In this document: piece after piece, positions 1 through 9,006 of the stretch
How positions within the stretch are numbered: the first letter of the stretch is position 1
Layout: the number at the start of each line of letters is the position of its first letter
From: a virus
Virus record (IMG/VR): IMGVR_UViG_3300009716_000001
Strand: one strand, 5' to 3'
Length of the DNA: 64,000 nucleotides
Made by a program: the position numbers and the translations under genes
Notes under the pieces: generated by a model
Database searches by the model: none
What the model was told of the DNA's origin: nothing
What the model saw: only the letters and a program-made list of their open reading frames with translations

Positions 1-60
1 CTACACACTCTAAGTTTTATCAGCACACTATTGAGTTGAAAGATACACTGAAGCACTTAG
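1..60 (+). promoter_or_regulatory. phased ACACT repeats upstream of the first + strand gene (candidate operator/promoter array, cut by the window edge)
   Basis: ACACT starts at 5, 25 and 45, an exact 20-nt spacing. CACACT lies at 4-9 and 24-29. This is the only non-coding stretch left of ORF 67..1191. Confidence 0.2.
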
Positions 61-66
61 ACCCGA

Positions 67-1191
67 ATGCTAAACCCGTTTTATTTAATAATCAAGATGG
101 AGATTAAGATAACCCTAACATTAGAGGCTGCATACTCACGTAGATATGGCCGTTATGAAACAACACCAAAGCTGGAGTATGTCGTAGAAGATATAAGTCC
201 AGATTATTTTGCAGCTAAGCATTCAATTACTGCAAAAGAATACATACCACAGAGAGGTGATAAGCTTTTCTTCTTGCCCGGCTGTACTGTTCCAAGATTC
301 AAGATGAAGAAATTTTGTGAAGAGTACAAGACAGCAATGGTTAAGTACAAGGAGTCAGCAACTGCTCTTTTTGTTGGTCCCGATACTATCTCAGCTTTAG
401 TAAAAAGTTGTGAGATGTATAGAATAAAAGCTGATTATTTTAAAGCTCAAGTACAGAGATACTGTGGTCCAGCTTTTATAGAAATGGTTGGCCAAGTTAC
501 TGCAGAATATGTTTATGTATCTGGCAGTAATATAAAAGACCAGATGTTAAATCTAACACAGGGGCATACCTTAAACTTGAGTCCTACACATTGTGGAGCT
601 CGTTCAACTATCTTCAGAAGTGAGGCTGACTTGAAAACTTTTCAACATATTCAGGAAGCTAGTAACATTTTTCACCAGAGAGATGTTACTCGAAGACTCA
701 ACTCTGGAGCGGAAATGGATGAAAATCAGTTCCAATTAATCAAAAGATTGTTCAAAAGTACAGATGACAAAGACGTAAAAGTAGCAATGGAGATTATGGC
801 TAATTGTGATTATGAAAAATCTGCCGTATATTTGTTGCTCCTGATTCACGAGTTCGGAAAGGATAAAATTGCTAACTGTCCACTTGTAGATCACGTCAAC
901 TTCAGAGCTCTACTCAAATTTTTCGGATTATCAAGTACAAGTGATGTATCACTAGACAAGGTAATTGAAACCCTAATCAACAATAAGTTACTCAGCAGAA
1001 ATAATCTTGATGTAATCATGCCGATTGCTCAAGAGATATTAGAGCGGAAAACGGGTCTAAGGTACTTTAAATGTGCCGAATTCAAGTTTTCTGAAGAAAT
1101 TGAAAGAGGACTGCAAGAGAACATATTGGATGCAACTCATAACACAATCATCTATGACGACTCAGAAGAACAACTCAACCCACATCTCTAG
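67..1191 (+). CDS. hypothetical early protein (374 aa)
   Basis: Long ATG ORF that opens a same-strand, tightly packed gene series. No motif recognised. An alternative start is at 97 (MEIKI...). Confidence 0.55.
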   Translation: MLNPFYLIIKMEIKITLTLEAAYSRRYGRYETTPKLEYVVEDISPDYFAAKHSITAKEYIPQRGDKLFFLPGCTVPRFKMKKFCEEYKTAMVKYKESATALFVGPDTISALVKSCEMYRIKADYFKAQVQRYCGPAFIEMVGQVTAEYVYVSGSNIKDQMLNLTQGHTLNLSPTHCGARSTIFRSEADLKTFQHIQEASNIFHQRDVTRRLNSGAEMDENQFQLIKRLFKSTDDKDVKVAMEIMANCDYEKSAVYLLLLIHEFGKDKIANCPLVDHVNFRALLKFFGLSSTSDVSLDKVIETLINNKLLSRNNLDVIMPIAQEILERKTGLRYFKCAEFKFSEEIERGLQENILDATHNTIIYDDSEEQLNPHL

Positions 1192-1214
1192 TTTAACAAA
1201 TTAAAACAAGTACA

Positions 1215-2249
1215 ATGATAAGTACAACAGAAACTAGACCAGTGGAAGAACTGGTAAAAGAATTTTACAGCAAACCTTTTTACCTGAGCTATTCAGGTTT
1301 AAATAAAATGCTGTATTCGCCTGCTCTTTTCTACAAGCATTACATCTTGCAGCAAAGAGAAGAAAAGCTGGAAAGCTATTTAATTGACGGAAAAGTAATC
1401 CACTGTCTGTTATTAGACAACGGTTCTTTTGAAGAGCAATTCATGTTGATGCCAAGCACTTTACCAACGGATAATACCCGTAAGCTTGTAGATGTAATCT
1501 ATGACAGAGTAAAGGAAGCACCGGGCATTTTAGAAAATTACACCGTAGAGATACTGGAGTATTTGAAAGAGGTCAAGCTACATCAGTCATTAACGGATGA
1601 CAAGAAAGCTCCTTGGAAAACAGGAGATGAGAAGAGGTTGGAGAAAATCCTGACTGAAGATGCTAAGTCTTATTTCGAGTTCCTGAAGATTAAAGGTAAC
1701 AAAGACCTATTAGATTCAGAAACCATGCAGCGTTGTAATGAAGCTGTGGACATTTTACGTGCAGACCCTAAGGTTTGTGAACTGTTAGGCTTGCTTATCA
1801 GTGAAATGGACAATGTGGAATTACACAATGAGAAGTTTTTCAACATTGATATTGACTATCCTTTTGGTCTGAAAGGAGTATTGGACAATGTCAAGGTGGA
1901 CCACGACAAGAAAACCATTTTTGTCAACGACTTAAAGACCACAAGTAAAACCATCGCTGACTTCAAAGAAACAATTGAGTTCTACAATTATTGGAGTCAA
2001 GCAGCAATTTACCACAGGTTGGCACATTTCAACTTCCACGAGCTTCTTGCTCAGGAAGGATGGAAGATTGTCTTCAACTTTATTGTTATTGATAAGTACC
2101 AGCAAGTATATTGCTTTGAGGTTAGTGAAGGAACTATGGCGGAATGGCAACTGCGTCTTGAGGAAAAACTCAAAGAAGCTGAATGGCATTATAACACCAG
2201 AAATTATTCACTTCCAAAAGCATTTGCGGAAGGTACTGTAATCCTATAA
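1215..2249 (+). CDS. PD-(D/E)XK nuclease, RecB/Cas4-like exonuclease family
   Basis: The N-terminal SYSGLNKMLYSPALFYKHY matches the family-typical start. The core reads GVLDNVKVD...IFVNDLKTTSK (D...D-x-K). It is followed by YWSQAAIYHRL (QxxxY motif). Confidence 0.65.
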   Translation: MISTTETRPVEELVKEFYSKPFYLSYSGLNKMLYSPALFYKHYILQQREEKLESYLIDGKVIHCLLLDNGSFEEQFMLMPSTLPTDNTRKLVDVIYDRVKEAPGILENYTVEILEYLKEVKLHQSLTDDKKAPWKTGDEKRLEKILTEDAKSYFEFLKIKGNKDLLDSETMQRCNEAVDILRADPKVCELLGLLISEMDNVELHNEKFFNIDIDYPFGLKGVLDNVKVDHDKKTIFVNDLKTTSKTIADFKETIEFYNYWSQAAIYHRLAHFNFHELLAQEGWKIVFNFIVIDKYQQVYCFEVSEGTMAEWQLRLEEKLKEAEWHYNTRNYSLPKAFAEGTVIL

Positions 2250-2259
2250 CTGTTAGCGT

Positions 2260-2826
2260 ATGAAGATAGTCTCAATGTATAAAGAGTATTTCCAGAAGAG
2301 CCAGGTATTTCTATACCCGGCCCTGGAAATCAAACGAGGAGTAAGTGTAACTCCCGTTAAGACACACATGTCGTGGGAAGGGCGTTACAAGCCTGAAGAC
2401 GGTATGTTGTGTTGTCTCTATCATCTCAGAGAAGATGAAGATTTTAAGATGTTTGAAAGAGTTAAACTCCGTGGAAACAAATACTTCCATGAGTTTATAC
2501 AAGTAGCAGAGAAGCAAGGGGTCTACGTGTTTAATCTACAGCCGATGATTAAGGACTGGAACAGCGTTCTCACAGGAAAGTATTCAAAGATTTCAAAAGA
2601 ACACAAGAAAGCAATAGGAGCGTATTTTGGACATAAAAGTGCCCACTTACCTTATATTGAATCATTCTTGTTTCCTGAAAAATACTTCAAGCTGTATTCG
2701 GATTTATCCGGTATAGAGGAAGAAGTCCTGAGAAGCGTGGGTGAACTTTGTGATTTACCAGACATGGAAAAGGAGACATTAACAATCTCTGTTTCCAATT
2801 TGGAAATTGTAAAAGAAAAGCCGTAA
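2260..2826 (+). CDS. hypothetical early protein (188 aa)
   Basis: ATG ORF 10 nt after the upstream stop, on the same strand. No recognisable motif. Confidence 0.55.
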   Translation: MKIVSMYKEYFQKSQVFLYPALEIKRGVSVTPVKTHMSWEGRYKPEDGMLCCLYHLREDEDFKMFERVKLRGNKYFHEFIQVAEKQGVYVFNLQPMIKDWNSVLTGKYSKISKEHKKAIGAYFGHKSAHLPYIESFLFPEKYFKLYSDLSGIEEEVLRSVGELCDLPDMEKETLTISVSNLEIVKEKP

Positions 2827-2855
2827 TTTGTAGTCCAACTTAAAAATCAAAAAAC

Positions 2856-3278
2856 ATGTCAGCAATCGTACAACCAACAATGATGCTTATCACGTCAGCC
2901 ATGCAAGGCGAAAAAACGTTTAAGCTAATGCCAATTCACAAAGACTGTCCATTCAATGAAGGTATCTTCATGCCTGAAGGACGCATCTTAGTGATGATGT
3001 CAAGAGAAAAGAAAGAATCCGTACACATGTTACCGCGCTTAGATGAGAACGGTGACCCTATGAAAGCAAAAGACAAGCGCTTGAACGGTAAAACGTACAA
3101 GGAAACGCGAGTTCACTTAGAGACATATACAGAGCACTATTTAGCAGAGAAAGAAGAAATTATTAGCTTGATTAAGATGATTGCAGTGAATGCAGACACT
3201 TATGATTTCCAAAAGTACATGGTTGATCCAGCGATTATCATGCCTGAGGAAAAGAAAATTGAGTTAATAAAACCGTAA
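2856..3278 (+). CDS. hypothetical early protein (140 aa), followed by a terminator
   Basis: ATG ORF in an A-rich context (aaaaaacATG). An intrinsic terminator lies 26 nt downstream. Confidence 0.55.
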   Translation: MSAIVQPTMMLITSAMQGEKTFKLMPIHKDCPFNEGIFMPEGRILVMMSREKKESVHMLPRLDENGDPMKAKDKRLNGKTYKETRVHLETYTEHYLAEKEEIISLIKMIAVNADTYDFQKYMVDPAIIMPEEKKIELIKP

Positions 3279-3303
3279 TAGATTACACACCGTAGTCACC
3301 GAA

Positions 3304-3325
3304 GGGAGCCATGTGCTCCCTTTTG
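3304..3325 (+). terminator. rho-independent terminator
   Basis: Stem GGGAGC (3304-3309), loop CATGT, stem GCTCCC (3315-3320), then TTTTG. Confidence 0.65.
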
Positions 3326-3368
3326 TGTCTATACTAGACGGGGAAACAGCTAAACTGAATACAATCGC

Positions 3369-5288
3369 ATGAGCCAACCGAGACTTCGAACCCATTGGGT
3401 GCATGACTACGAAACTCTCAGTAATTGTTTTGTGGCATGCTTTGAAAATTACAAGACGGACGATACCCGTGTCTTCGTTATCCATGAGCTCCTGGACCAG
3501 TTTCCAGAGTTCTTAACCTTTCTGGAAGAAAATAAAAAGCTAAAGGAATGGCATGTGTCATTCAATGGTCTTTCATTTGACTCTCAGATTACTGAATTTG
3601 TTCTTCGGGAGAAGAAGAAATTGTCCACTATGACCGCTGAACAGATTGCAACCGCCATCTATGAGAAGGCGCAGGAGGTAATCAGCCGGCAAGAGTTTGG
3701 AGAGTTTGCAGAATACAGTGAAAGAAATCTATCCATAGAACAGGTAGATGTGTTTAAGCTCAATCACTGGGATAACCCAGCAAAGAGGTCTTCCTTGAAA
3801 TGGATACAGTATTCCATGGACTGGGAGAATATACAAGAGATGCCAATTCACCACAGCACTCGTATTAAAACAATGGAGCAAATCAACTTGATTATCTCTT
3901 ATTGTAAGAATGATGTGAAGTCCACTAAGAAGATTATGCAATTGAGCAAGGAACAAATCACGCTGCGAGGCGCCTTGACCGATGAGTATAAGATAAGACT
4001 CTTCAGTGCTTCAGAACCAAGAATTTCCAAAGAACTTTTCATGCATTTCCTGAGTAAGGAAACTGGAATACAAAAGTATGACTTACGTCAGATGCGCACC
4101 AACCGGTCGCTCATTATGGTGAAGGATATCATTGTACCCTATGTGAAGTTCAAAACCCCTATTTTCCAAGACCTCTTGGACAATTTCAAAGCCGTAGTAG
4201 TTAACCCTAATGTAACCAAGGGAGGGTTTAAATATTCTCTCAAATACAAAGGGGTACAAACTGATTTTGGCTTAGGTGGTGTACATGGTTGCACTGAACC
4301 AGGAGTGTATGTTTCAGGTAACGGTATGATCATCATGACATCGGATGTGACTAGCTTCTATCCGAATCTAGCAATCAGGAATGGTTGGGCACCTGCTCAC
4401 CTTCCTAAAAAGGATTTCTGTCAACTGTATGAGTGGTTCTTCGAGGAGAGAAAGAAAATCCCTAAGAAAGACCCACGGAATTATGTGTACAAGATTATCC
4501 TTAACTCAACTTATGGTCTAAGCAACGACCGAAACTCTTTCCTGTATGACCCGCAGTTCACCATGCAGATTACCATCAATGGACAGCTAAGTCTGATGAT
4601 GCTGTATGAAATGTTAGCGGAAGGAATTCCAGGTTCCGTACCACTGATGCAAAACACAGATGGTCTGGAAATGATGATTCCTGAACAGTATAAGGAAAAG
4701 TATTTAGCAATCTGTGCCGAATGGGAGAAGATAACCAACCTGCAACTGGAACACGATGAGTACACCAAGATGATTATTGGAGATGTGAATAATTACATTG
4801 CCGTAAACAAAGCTGGTAAGTACAAGTGTAAAGGTAGATTTGAGTTTGAAGATTTAGCTCTTCATAAGAACAAGAGCTTCCTCATTATCCCTAAGGCAAT
4901 CTTCAATTACTTTGTCAACGACGTTCCACCAGAAAGATTTCTCCTGGAAAACCGGAACATCCTTGATTATTGCGCAGGCGTAAAAATCAAAGGTGACTGG
5001 GAATTTCAACAAACTTGTTTAAGAAATAAAGCAATAGAGAAAACAGTTTTGCAGAAAACGATTAGGTATTATATATCTGAAAGAGGCTGCAAAATAATGA
5101 AGGTGAATAAAAGTGACGGCAGGGAAATCCAACTGGAATCCGGTAAATGGATGCAGGAGGATTTGAGTTATTTCGTAAAGAAGCCTTGGGCAGAGTACAA
5201 TGTAGATGAGAGCTATTACTTAGAAAAAATCTACAAGGAAATACATAACATCTGTCCAAAGCCAAAACAACAATTAAGCTTGTTTTAA
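3369..5288 (+). CDS. family B DNA polymerase with 3'-5' exonuclease domain (639 aa)
   Basis: Exonuclease motifs: ExoI HDYET, ExoII FNGLSFDSQ, ExoIII YCKNDVKST. Polymerase motif A is DVTSFYPNL (D326 at 4344-4346) and motif B is KIILNSTYG. Motif C reads NTDG (4653-4664) instead of DTDS. A KxY-like GKYKCKG is also present. Confidence 0.85.
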   Translation: MSQPRLRTHWVHDYETLSNCFVACFENYKTDDTRVFVIHELLDQFPEFLTFLEENKKLKEWHVSFNGLSFDSQITEFVLREKKKLSTMTAEQIATAIYEKAQEVISRQEFGEFAEYSERNLSIEQVDVFKLNHWDNPAKRSSLKWIQYSMDWENIQEMPIHHSTRIKTMEQINLIISYCKNDVKSTKKIMQLSKEQITLRGALTDEYKIRLFSASEPRISKELFMHFLSKETGIQKYDLRQMRTNRSLIMVKDIIVPYVKFKTPIFQDLLDNFKAVVVNPNVTKGGFKYSLKYKGVQTDFGLGGVHGCTEPGVYVSGNGMIIMTSDVTSFYPNLAIRNGWAPAHLPKKDFCQLYEWFFEERKKIPKKDPRNYVYKIILNSTYGLSNDRNSFLYDPQFTMQITINGQLSLMMLYEMLAEGIPGSVPLMQNTDGLEMMIPEQYKEKYLAICAEWEKITNLQLEHDEYTKMIIGDVNNYIAVNKAGKYKCKGRFEFEDLALHKNKSFLIIPKAIFNYFVNDVPPERFLLENRNILDYCAGVKIKGDWEFQQTCLRNKAIEKTVLQKTIRYYISERGCKIMKVNKSDGREIQLESGKWMQEDLSYFVKKPWAEYNVDESYYLEKIYKEIHNICPKPKQQLSLF

Positions 5289-5513
5289 ATGATTTGGAAT
5301 ACACCTTTAAACACTCCGTTAAGGAGTTCACGCCTGGTAAGACGAGTGATAATTGATCATCAGTTAAAAGCAGGATGGCCCGTTAAATGGGGAGGCAAGT
5401 GGGATATAGCAATTGGAAAACAATTGGTACCCACTGGGCTCACCTCATTGGATTGGACAGGGCAACAATGGATAGATTTTATAAACAGTAATCAACCAAA
5501 AACAAATGAGTAA
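5289..5513 (+). CDS. hypothetical small protein (74 aa)
   Basis: ATG directly abuts the polymerase stop (TAAATG). Its 3' end overlaps the next gene by 8 nt. No motif recognised. Confidence 0.4.
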   Translation: MIWNTPLNTPLRSSRLVRRVIIDHQLKAGWPVKWGGKWDIAIGKQLVPTGLTSLDWTGQQWIDFINSNQPKTNE

Positions 5514-6621
5514 AAGAGCAAATACAACTACACACGAGTATTTAATCAAAGCTTCACTTCCAGAGGCAACTGATACGTACACTGTGATATCGCACGGAGC
5601 AATTATTGATAAAGTCCGTGAAGTCCTTGCTAGTAAAGGATTGGAGATTCAGCGTGAGCTGTATCGATGCAATGAGGGAGCTCAGGTAGCGCAGGGAATA
5701 TATCACCTGAACTACGGAGATGACCCAGATTTGGGAATGATGTTCGCGTGGAGTAATTCATACGACAAAAGCATGCGCTTTAAGTGTTCTATCGGAGGTT
5801 ATGTGCATGCATCATTGGCAACAGTGATTGGCGGAAACATGGCTACGTTCGGAAGAAAGCATACAGGAACAGCAGACCAGGAAGTGTTTGACCAGATAGA
5901 GGAGCAGATTAACAATGCTGAAGAGTATTTTAAGCAGCTAATCATGGACAAAGAGATAATGAAGAACATATTGGCACCTGAGCAGTTGCGTGCAGAATTT
6001 ATGGGCCGTGCATATTATATGAATGAGCTTGTTACTGGTGAGCAATTAGGGATTGTGAAGACGGAATTCAGAAAGCCAAGTTTCGAATACTCAGGTATCA
6101 CGGATAGCTTGTGGGAAATGTATAATGCAATCATCTTTGCTCTTCAGAAATCACATCCGCGTACCTGGATGGACCAGCAAAGAATGATTCACTATCTAAT
6201 CTGCAAAGACTTTAATGTAGGTAATCCTGTATTACATATTGAGGAGTCTAAGCCGGAAAACATTATCGCAGATAATCCTAACCAGCTAAACATTATCGAT
6301 GCTATCAAGGAAGCAGAGCAATCTGCAGAAATGAAAGAAGCCGTAGCACCATGTATTGGGCATGCGGTTGAGCAAAATAATGCTGAGGAAGTTCAGGAGA
6401 AGACGGATATCATCGAGGAAATCGGTAGAGAAGCAATTCAAAAGTATCCGGTGACAATGGCTGAAGTGGAACAGAACCACCAAGCTGAAGAACCGGTAGT
6501 AGAAACCCCAACAGAAGTTGTGGATGAGGATGGATGGCCATGTATGAAATGTGGTACCATGCAACCATCTACTGCAATTTTCTATGATGGACAATTATGT
6601 GGAAACTGTTATGAACACTAA
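5506..6621 (+). CDS. DUF932-like phage/plasmid protein with acidic linker and C-terminal zinc ribbon
   Basis: FAWSNSYDKSMRFKCSIGGYV resembles the DUF932 N-S-x-D-x-S...C core. The C-terminus reads WPCMKCG...LCGNCYEH (CxxC...CxxC). Confidence 0.5.
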   Translation: MSKRANTTTHEYLIKASLPEATDTYTVISHGAIIDKVREVLASKGLEIQRELYRCNEGAQVAQGIYHLNYGDDPDLGMMFAWSNSYDKSMRFKCSIGGYVHASLATVIGGNMATFGRKHTGTADQEVFDQIEEQINNAEEYFKQLIMDKEIMKNILAPEQLRAEFMGRAYYMNELVTGEQLGIVKTEFRKPSFEYSGITDSLWEMYNAIIFALQKSHPRTWMDQQRMIHYLICKDFNVGNPVLHIEESKPENIIADNPNQLNIIDAIKEAEQSAEMKEAVAPCIGHAVEQNNAEEVQEKTDIIEEIGREAIQKYPVTMAEVEQNHQAEEPVVETPTEVVDEDGWPCMKCGTMQPSTAIFYDGQLCGNCYEH

Positions 6622-6874
6622 TGAAAACAAATGCGGGCACTGCGGCTTCGAGATGAAGTCAGCATTGCCATTTGATGGTAACCAGGAAGTAGAAATGCGT
6701 CCTGGTGATATCATCCTTTGCGATAAATGTCTTGAGATAAATACTCTGGACGAAAACATGAACTTCATTAAACCAACTGAAGAATATATGAACAGCATCC
6801 CTGAAGAGATGAGGTTTGAAATTGAGAAGCTGGTGAAAGTTCTGAAAGAAAAGAGACAAGAATCACAAAACTAA
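6611..6874 (+). CDS. small zinc-ribbon protein (87 aa from the ATG at 6611)
   Basis: CGHCG...ILCDKC gives a four-Cys ribbon. The ORF-track start at 6551 would overlap the upstream gene by 71 nt. The ATG at 6611 overlaps it by only 11 nt. Confidence 0.5.
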   Translation: MNTNENKCGHCGFEMKSALPFDGNQEVEMRPGDIILCDKCLEINTLDENMNFIKPTEEYMNSIPEEMRFEIEKLVKVLKEKRQESQN

Positions 6875-6888
6875 CCATGGCGATGGGT

Positions 6889-6929
6889 AAGGAGTCCGGA
6901 GTTTCGACCGAGGGCTCCTTATAATTTTT
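6889..6929 (+). terminator. candidate intrinsic terminator / stem-loop
   Basis: AAGGAGTCC (6889-6897) pairs with GGGCTCCTT (6912-6920), 9 bp including one G-U. The loop is 14 nt. ATAATTTTT follows. Confidence 0.35.
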
Positions 6930-6936
6930 AAACAAC

Positions 6937-7155
6937 ATGGACAAAACTAAAGAACTTCCACCAGAAGAGGTAGAAATAAAAATTGGCTTTTGCAGAAAAT
7001 GTAACGGTAATGTATCGGCAGCTGTATGGCACTGCATGGACAAAAAACAAAGAGCTAATTTTATGAAAGAAGCTTCTGAAGATGACCTTGATATTAAAAC
7101 CATAACATTAAAAGAGCATCAAGAAAACCCTAACTGGGGATGCAAATGCAAATAA
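6937..7155 (+). CDS. small Cys-rich (zinc-binding-like) protein (72 aa)
   Basis: FCRKCNG...WHC...WGCKCK. Start context aaacaacATGGA. Confidence 0.5.
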   Translation: MDKTKELPPEEVEIKIGFCRKCNGNVSAAVWHCMDKKQRANFMKEASEDDLDIKTITLKEHQENPNWGCKCK

Positions 7156-7156
7156 C

Positions 7157-7375
7157 ATGGATACAATTACAATCACAGCAACGCGCAAAGAAGCCACAAT
7201 AGTTCTTAACTATAAGGGAAAAACTTATACTCAAAAATGCATACCAACCCGTTCAGGTGCAAGGTATGAAGGATGTAATTTTTCAGATGAACCTGAAATA
7301 CCCGATGAACTAGCGGACGAACTTGAAGGTTTTACATCTTATAATTTAATGAGAGTGTTAGAACGTGCACGATAA
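7157..7375 (+). CDS. hypothetical small protein (72 aa)
   Basis: ATG 1 nt after the upstream stop, in context aataacATGGA. Confidence 0.5.
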   Translation: MDTITITATRKEATIVLNYKGKTYTQKCIPTRSGARYEGCNFSDEPEIPDELADELEGFTSYNLMRVLERAR

Positions 7376-7380
7376 ACAAC

Positions 7381-8109
7381 ATGGATACATTAGACATTTT
7401 AAGCAACAGAAAAGCTCTTCTAGAAAAAGAGACCAATTTAATGCTCACTTGCTATGCTGGTGAGAATCTGGAGGGAATGATTGCTCTTGTAGACAAGATA
7501 CATCACATGTGCCTGAACATAGGCTGTCCTATCTCAGTTAAGCCTATGCTGAAGAGTATCATCAGCGGGAAGGTGAAGATGTGGACATATTACAACAGGA
7601 CATCCTTTGAGAAGATGTCTGAGCGTGGTCACCAGTTACATGGTTACAACACCGGGCGAATTCATCGTACTTGGAAAAAAGGAGAAGACTATGTGCAAGG
7701 TCACTTCAGGTGGAACAATACGGCATACATGATGACTCGTTCTGATAGAGATTTCCTTGAGAACTTTTTCTTCAAAGGTATCCGCGAGACCGGTAATAAT
7801 ACCGTCGCAGGTATCCAGATGAGAGGAATGCAGGGACACGTAGTCAGTGACAATTTATTCCGTCTCCTGATATACGATATCCGTGGTAACGAATACGCTG
7901 CCTACTATTACGTTGATGATGAGAAGATGGTACTGAACTGGAGGAAACAGCCGGTGGAGGGAGAGGAGAAAGAGAAAATCCTGAACCTGATGAAGTCCCA
8001 GATGCCGTCGTTGCAGTACAAGATTACGGACAGAAAAAGAAAACTTAAATACGAACAAGAAAGAAAAGAACAAAATGGCAAGAAGAGCAAGCAAAAACAA
8101 ACCAGTTAA
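7381..8109 (+). CDS. hypothetical protein with Lys/Glu-rich tail (242 aa)
   Basis: ATG in context aaacaacATGGA. No motif recognised. Confidence 0.55.
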   Translation: MDTLDILSNRKALLEKETNLMLTCYAGENLEGMIALVDKIHHMCLNIGCPISVKPMLKSIISGKVKMWTYYNRTSFEKMSERGHQLHGYNTGRIHRTWKKGEDYVQGHFRWNNTAYMMTRSDRDFLENFFFKGIRETGNNTVAGIQMRGMQGHVVSDNLFRLLIYDIRGNEYAAYYYVDDEKMVLNWRKQPVEGEEKEKILNLMKSQMPSLQYKITDRKRKLKYEQERKEQNGKKSKQKQTS

Positions 8110-8437
8110 AGCTCCTGTAATGGACACAGTAGAGCGCATTATCTCAGAAAGAATTGAGAAAACTAAACAGCTTATCCTTGTAAAAGGTAAAGAATATGTT
8201 CGTGGTAATGACCGCTTACATAATTTCCGTAGAGCTTCAGAGATGGAGCGTACAACAATGCCGCGTGCTTTGCACGGAATGTTACAGAAACACTTAGTAA
8301 GTTATCTGGACATGTTGGATGATATTGATGCAGGGAAGGAAGTGAAGGAAGAAGTGGTGAATGAGAAGTTGGGAGACATCATCGTGTATTTCCTATTACA
8401 GGAAGCAACTATTAAAGAAACAATCAAAAACAAATAA
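8075..8437 (+). CDS. DUF1599/MazG-related all-alpha NTP-pyrophosphohydrolase-like protein
   Basis: KGKEYVRGNDRLHNFRRA...LQKHLVSYLDML...EKLGDIIVYFLLQEA fits my memory of the DUF1599 pattern. An alternative non-overlapping start is at 8120 (MDTVER...). Confidence 0.4.
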   Translation: MARRASKNKPVKAPVMDTVERIISERIEKTKQLILVKGKEYVRGNDRLHNFRRASEMERTTMPRALHGMLQKHLVSYLDMLDDIDAGKEVKEEVVNEKLGDIIVYFLLQEATIKETIKNK

Positions 8438-8752
8438 ATGGAAGCACAATCAGCAAACTATGACCAAGTAGATTTTGGTGTAGCATTAAGAGCTCTTAAG
8501 AGCGGAAAAAGAGTAGCCCGTCAAGGATGGAATGGAAAGAACATGTTCTTATTCTTATTACCAGGAGGAATAGTTCCTACCAAAGCAATCCATGATCCAG
8601 CCTTGAGAGAGGTTGTAGAAAAAGAAGTAGGTGGTGAAAACTTTGAGGCTTTAGGTAGCATCAGAATGTTTACTGCAGATAAGAAAATCTTAACAGGTTG
8701 GTTAGCATCTCAAACAGACATGCTAGCAGAAGACTGGGTAATCTTAAACTAA
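8438..8752 (+). CDS. DUF2829-family protein (family that includes the Thoeris anti-defence protein Tad2)
   Basis: The N-terminal VDFGVALRALKSGKRVARQGWNGKNMFLFL matches the remembered DUF2829 signature (F-x-x-A-L-x-x-L-K-x-G-K-x-V-x-R-x-G-W-N-G-K). At 104 aa the size is typical for the family. Confidence 0.6.
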   Translation: MEAQSANYDQVDFGVALRALKSGKRVARQGWNGKNMFLFLLPGGIVPTKAIHDPALREVVEKEVGGENFEALGSIRMFTADKKILTGWLASQTDMLAEDWVILN

Positions 8753-8753
8753 A

Positions 8754-9005
8754 ATGAAGAAACTATTAGGAATAGTATTAATCAGCCTGACACTTACGGG
8801 ATGCCGTAGCTGTCAGGCTAATTATGAACAAAGACGTGCAGGAGTACAAAAAGTATGTCCTGGTTGTATTTACACAGTAAGTGAAAGAATGCATATTGCC
8901 CAAGACACAACAGTTCAACCTAACCGTATTTATGAAGTAACATTCTGTTCAGGTGGGTTCTACTACAATGCTTGGGATGTTGATCACTTAACACGCATAC
9001 AATAA
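8754..9005 (+). CDS. small lipoprotein (83 aa)
   Basis: MKKLLGIVLISLTLTGC shows a basic n-region, a hydrophobic core and the lipobox L-T-G-C. Confidence 0.6.
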   Translation: MKKLLGIVLISLTLTGCRSCQANYEQRRAGVQKVCPGCIYTVSERMHIAQDTTVQPNRIYEVTFCSGGFYYNAWDVDHLTRIQ

Positions 9006-9006
9006 T

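Noticed and set aside
6889-6920. GGAGTTTCGACCGAGGGCTCC region as a possible tRNA fragment (T-arm-like TTCGA).
   Set aside because: No acceptor, D or anticodon arms can be drawn around it. It folds more simply as a 9-bp terminator-like stem. I found no convincing tRNA anywhere in the window by eye.
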